Part shown: in pieces, positions 60,647-64,000 of the stretch
Layout: every line of letters starts with the position of its first letter
Numbering within the stretch: position 1 is the stretch's first letter
Assembly: GCA_002724635.1 (NCBI GenBank)
Contig: PBPM01000101.1
Coordinates: 48,565-112,564 of the forward strand
DNA: 64,000 nucleotides
Direction: 5' to 3'
Source of the DNA: Rhodospirillaceae bacterium
GTDB taxonomy: Bacteria; Pseudomonadota; Alphaproteobacteria; UBA6615
The notes under the pieces: model-generated
Told to the model about the DNA's origin: nothing
The model's database searches: none
Seen by the model: only the letters and a program-made list of their open reading frames with translations
Position numbers and translations under genes: made by a program

Positions 60647-61336
60647 ATGTCACGTACTCAAGGACGCATTCAAAAAATCGAGCCTGAAGCCGTCGACGGT
60701 GACTTCGAGGAATTCTATGGCGCGGTGACCGCGCTACTCGGCCGGGTGCCGCATTTTTACCGGACGATTTCGAACGCACCTTTCTTGGCAATGCTGTTCC
60801 TGCCAATCAACGCCGCGGCCCAGCGCGAATGGCCGGGCACACGGGTGTTGGGAAAAATCAAGGAGATGGTGGTGATCAAGACCAGCCACGTGAATGGCTG
60901 CGACTACTGCTACGCCCACAACACCTCGCTGGGCCAAGCTGCAGGTATCACGCACGAGCAGATCATCGACATGTCGTCGGACGATTACCTGACGTCGGAC
61001 CTGTTCAATGAGCGCGAGAAGTCGGCGATCCTATGGGCCGAGCATATGACCCGCAACACTGCCCAGAAGAACACCGAGGTCTATGATCGGCTGAGGGCTA
61101 ACTTCACCGAGGGTGAGATCGTCGAGATCACCATGCTCTGTGCCATGTTCAACATGATCAACCGGATCAACGATTCCCTTGACGTTCTGATTGAAGAGCA
61201 GCCCGAGATCGACAAGATTCAGACCTCTCTGCATCTAGACCCGGTGAAGATGGGCGACTATCTGCGCTGGCTGGCCGACCACTGGCCGAATGAGTTCGAG
61301 ACCATGAACAAGCAGGCCGAGGACGCCGCCGCCTGA
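60647..61336 (+). CDS. Carboxymuconolactone decarboxylase / AhpD-like family protein
   Basis: 229 aa. AhpD-type CxxC motif in SHVNGCDYCYAHN and a second conserved helix pair (EKSAILWAEHMT). Confidence 0.75.
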   Translation: MSRTQGRIQKIEPEAVDGDFEEFYGAVTALLGRVPHFYRTISNAPFLAMLFLPINAAAQREWPGTRVLGKIKEMVVIKTSHVNGCDYCYAHNTSLGQAAGITHEQIIDMSSDDYLTSDLFNEREKSAILWAEHMTRNTAQKNTEVYDRLRANFTEGEIVEITMLCAMFNMINRINDSLDVLIEEQPEIDKIQTSLHLDPVKMGDYLRWLADHWPNEFETMNKQAEDAAA

Positions 61337-61834
61337 TGGTGTTCTGTCGGCAACCGGAGAATTTGTCCGGATCAAATCTACGGATAACCTGTGGGTTATT
61401 ACATCGCAGGTTGCTGATTCACATGTTCGCCTGCCGACTTTTGTCGAATGATCTCGGTCACAGAATCAGTGTCTCCCCAAAGATTTCCGTGCTTGCGCGG
61501 TCAATAGACCGTTAACCAGTTTCCGCGGGATTAATTTAGGAAAGATTAAAGACACATAGATAAAAAAATATTTTTATCAACGGGTTATGTCTTTTTTTGT
61601 GCAGAAAACACAAAGTCTTATTGTGTGCATGGAACGAATTACGTCATGTTCGTCTCACTAACGGTATCCCGTGATGAAACATCGGGCGCTTAATTTCGGG
61701 CTGGCCTCCGGCCCTGCTTCGTGTGTTAAGCTTTTCAGGTTTAACGGGCACCGTGGTCAGATCGACGCGGGTTCAGGTAGAGCCAAACGTTGGTTATCCG
61801 ACCGCACCGCCAAGTGCGTCAGGATCTGCCGGCG

Positions 61835-62353
61835 ATGAGTGACACAGAAGAATCAGACGAAAACGGGGGCGACCGGATTGCCGCCACCGTTAAGTGGTTC
61901 AACCCGATCAAGGGGTTTGGTTTCGTTCAACCCGCGAACGGAACAGGCGACGCTTTTATTCATGTATCGGTGCTCGAGGCAGCCGGGCAGAAGGATCTGC
62001 AGGATGGCGCCGAGCTCGAATGTGAGATCGAGCAGGGACCCCGCGGGCCCATGGTTTCTGTCATTCACAGCATCACCGCGGGAACCGAGGAATCGGCCGA
62101 GGCCGTTGATGCGGATGCTCAGGTCATGGACGGGGTGGTGAAATTCTTCGATGCGAACAAGGGCTATGGCTTCGTCGTTCCCGACGGCGAAGGTCAGGAT
62201 GTGTTCATGTCTGGGCGCGTGGTGGCCCAGTCGGGTCTGCGGGCGCTCGAGACGGATTCGCGCGTGCGTGTGACGACGAGGATGGGCGACAAGGGCCCGC
62301 TGGCCGTCACGGTTGAATTGCTTCAGGCGACGGAGGTGCCAGCAGAGGACTGA
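61835..62353 (+). CDS. Cold-shock-domain protein with two tandem CSDs
   Basis: ATG 61835. CSD1 is ATVKWFNPIKGFGFVQPANGTGDAFIHVS and CSD2 is GVVKFFDANKGYGFVVPDGEGQDVFMS (RNP1/RNP2-like motifs). 172 aa. Confidence 0.9.
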   Translation: MSDTEESDENGGDRIAATVKWFNPIKGFGFVQPANGTGDAFIHVSVLEAAGQKDLQDGAELECEIEQGPRGPMVSVIHSITAGTEESAEAVDADAQVMDGVVKFFDANKGYGFVVPDGEGQDVFMSGRVVAQSGLRALETDSRVRVTTRMGDKGPLAVTVELLQATEVPAED

Positions 62354-62855
62354 CGGCATACCTCTTGGCCAAAACTAGCATTGACGCGGTGCTTTTCGTT
62401 GGCCTGTGGTCGGCTCCGGTTCTGTGTTCGAGGGTGTATCCAGCATCGAAAAGCATTCGGGCAATCTGGCGGCATTGATCGCCGATCCGCTGTGCCTCCC
62501 AATATGGAACTAGCCAGCGCATCAATCCATCCGCATGGCAAGCGGCCCCTGCCTGGTGTGCTGCGATCAAATTCAGAAGACAAAGTTCGTCCGGACTTAC
62601 CCGGCAGCAAACCGGCTTGTGAAGACGGAGGTTTCGGCGAGCTGTCGTTCCGAGTTCGCGGAAGAGCCGGTCGAGCGATTCGCAGATTTCGGTGGCCTTG
62701 CTCGGCCCACATGTCCGGTTAAACTCGAGCACAACTTTGCTCCAAAGCGCTCTGTTCTGGACCCATTGCCGGAGCGCATGCAGAACTAAGCGCTCACTGT
62801 AGTTCAGTTCGTGGGCCTTCGGCAGGGCGGCGTTCGAGATGGCGATCATATTCAT
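62307..62855 (-). CDS. Hypothetical Cys-rich protein (182 aa), Fur-box-preceded
   Basis: ATG 62855 with GAGG about 9 nt upstream. 7 Cys, including a CC pair (KPVCCRVSPDELC...AACHADG). I recognise no family. The 3' end overlaps the convergent csp gene by 47 nt. Confidence 0.55.
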   Translation of the reverse strand: MNMIAISNAALPKAHELNYSERLVLHALRQWVQNRALWSKVVLEFNRTCGPSKATEICESLDRLFRELGTTARRNLRLHKPVCCRVSPDELCLLNLIAAHQAGAACHADGLMRWLVPYWEAQRIGDQCRQIARMLFDAGYTLEHRTGADHRPTKSTASMLVLAKRYAVSPLLAPPSPEAIQP

Positions 62856-62887
62856 TGGGGGTTACCTCATTAGCGCATACCGACCCT

Positions 62888-62932
62888 TATAATGATAATG
62901 ATACTCATTCTCAATAAAGAATTAGTATTATC
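62888..62932. promoter_or_regulatory. Fur-box-like operator in the promoter of the 62307-62855 gene
   Basis: 62894-62912 reads GATAATGATACTCATTCTC, matching 17 of 19 positions of the classical Fur consensus GATAATGATAATCATTATC. It sits in a run of GATAAT-type hexamers (TATAAT GATAAT GATACT CATTCT ... AGTATTATC), 39-61 nt upstream of the ATG. Confidence 0.6.
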
Positions 62933-62966
62933 TCTTTGTCATAGCCTTAGTAGGAAATTTGGTGGA

Positions 62967-63713
62967 TCAGGTCCGCGCCACCTGGGCTAGGCGTACAAGT
63001 TCCGCTCGTGCGCTAGCGGGGTCCGGGACGAGGTTCCCGAAATCGACCCTAGATTCTGCGTCGTTTCGCGCGAGGTCGATGCCCTCGGGATCGATGCCAG
63101 TCATGGTCCAGTCAAGGCCATGCCGGTCGGCGAATACGGTCGCGTAGTCCTGCACGGAGTTCGCATGGTCTGTGTTCATATGTTCAAGGATGTCGGTCTC
63201 GGCCGCCGCGAGGGATGTTGAATCGGGTTCGGCGAGAAGTATATCGGATGCATGCAGGGTCTCGATTCGGCCAAAGCCGGCGATGAAATGCGCACTCTCG
63301 AGCCGCATCCGGTAAAGGAGGAAGTCGGCGAAGGCCATCTGGCTGCGCGCACCGGCGTGATGGCGCAGGAAACGCGCCTTTTCGGAGTCGTCATCGCTGC
63401 TTTCGAGGCGCCCGATAAGGGTCGCGCGGGTTTGGCTCAGGGCTTCGAGGCCTAGCTTTCCGATAAGCAGCGAGACACGCGAGTCCGCCGCAATATTTCG
63501 GCTGTGCCGCGCGAGGTTGGACAAAAGCAGCAGCGGAGACCCGTCCATTGTGCAGGACATGAGGACGAAGCTCGCGTAGGGCATTCCGTCGGTCTCGGTG
63601 TCCACAGTGGCCAAAGCGCCCGAACGGCTGATGCGTATCAGGCGGCGGACGAGTGGACCGCTTGGTTTGTTACGATCGTCAATGCTCATGGCGCGCGGAG
63701 AGTAACGAAACAA
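62967..63713 (-). CDS. HugZ-like protein (pyridoxamine-5'-phosphate-oxidase-like split barrel + DUF2470), putative heme utilisation/degradation
   Basis: 248 aa. N-domain SGALATVDTETDGMPYASFVLMSCTMDGSPLLLLSNLARHSRNI...RVSLLI. C-terminal DILEHMNTDHANSV, a DUF2470-type motif. Confidence 0.7.
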   Translation of the reverse strand: MFRYSPRAMSIDDRNKPSGPLVRRLIRISRSGALATVDTETDGMPYASFVLMSCTMDGSPLLLLSNLARHSRNIAADSRVSLLIGKLGLEALSQTRATLIGRLESSDDDSEKARFLRHHAGARSQMAFADFLLYRMRLESAHFIAGFGRIETLHASDILLAEPDSTSLAAAETDILEHMNTDHANSVQDYATVFADRHGLDWTMTGIDPEGIDLARNDAESRVDFGNLVPDPASARAELVRLAQVART

Positions 63714-63739
63714 TCCCCCTTCGCAAGCGAGAAAACGGC

Positions 63740-64000
63740 CTAGTGTTTATGCCCGCCATGGCCGCCCGCATCATGCTTCATGGTGTCCTGCTCCATGTCG
63801 TTCTTCATCGTCCCGTCGTTTGTTTTATTCATCACGTCATGTCCAGCCCCGTGCCCGGTTGCCGATGCGGCCTTTCGTGTGCCGGCCGCCTCGACGACTA
63901 CCTCGATTTCTACCGTCCCGGCCTTCTCAAACTCGAGCGTGAGTGGAATAACTGTTTCCTCCAGAAGTGGTGCCTTCAAATTGATCAGCATGATGTGGAG
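63740..64000 (-). CDS. Copper chaperone PCu(A)C, C-terminal part (the gene continues beyond the right edge)
   Basis: The frame stays open to the window end (...LHIMLINLKAPLLEETVIPLTLEFEKAGTVEIEVVV), matching the PCuAC H.M....LK.PL...G..V.L.L.F motif. This is followed by a His/Met-rich tail (GHGAGHDVMNKTNDGTMKNDMEQDTMKHDAGGHGGHKH). Confidence 0.75.
   Translation of the reverse strand, partial: LHIMLINLKAPLLEETVIPLTLEFEKAGTVEIEVVVEAAGTRKAASATGHGAGHDVMNKTNDGTMKNDMEQDTMKHDAGGHGGHKH

Overview
High-GC chromosomal segment that looks alphaproteobacterial, judged from gene content and my by-eye estimate of about two-thirds G+C. It covers the replication-initiation gene block and a cobalamin (B12) biosynthesis supercluster of about 24 kb (roughly 20854-44447).

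Left part:
- dut (partial)-coaBC, ubiE-ubiB, mutM, enoyl-CoA hydratase, rpsT
- a ~600 bp AT-rich leader, then dnaA, dnaN, recF, gyrB and a class A PBP
- a Bcr/CflA MFS transporter coupled to an ABC ATPase that has no permease
- two tandem EamA/DMT paralogues and a DapA-family enzyme

B12 region:
- cobA-(3-TM ORF)-cobB-ycgN
- cbiD-cobK-(secreted ankyrin ORF)
- cbiX (long, His-rich)-cobH-cobL-cobI-cbiG::cobJ-(146-aa orphan)-cobM
- cbiB
- cobS-cobC, followed directly by a clear cobalamin riboswitch that drives cobU(P)-cobW-cobN-cobO-cobQ
- cobT, divergent

Right part:
- ABC-2 exporter pair, regB-regA (actS-actR type) two-component system, hldE, MmcB-like protein, Cys-less DJ-1-like protein
- tRNA-Arg(CCG), msrB, lipoprotein hydrolase coupled to a second permease-less ABC ATPase
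- zf-CHCC protein, GNAT, GST, a degraded ORF, SDR, polA, AhpD/CMD-like protein
- a tandem-CSD cold-shock protein with a long AT-rich leader
- a Cys-rich orphan preceded by a near-consensus Fur box, a HugZ-like protein and a partial PCuAC copper chaperone

I saw no transposase, integrase, CRISPR array, rRNA or recognisable defence system, and I did not find a clear-cut new multi-gene system.

Most interesting items:
- early-insertion (CbiX/CbiG/CbiD) and late-insertion (CobN/CobW) cobalt hallmarks mixed in one supercluster
- three unassigned ORFs embedded in cob operons
- a riboswitch lying inside an operon
- two orphan ABC ATPases translationally coupled to non-ABC partners
- the Fur-box orphan

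All functional calls come from my own motif recognition in the ORF translations; no database search was run. An M at the start of an ORF-track protein can be GTG or TTG (checked at 48536, 56092, 1325, 29133 and 41675), so several starts were re-chosen by reading the DNA.
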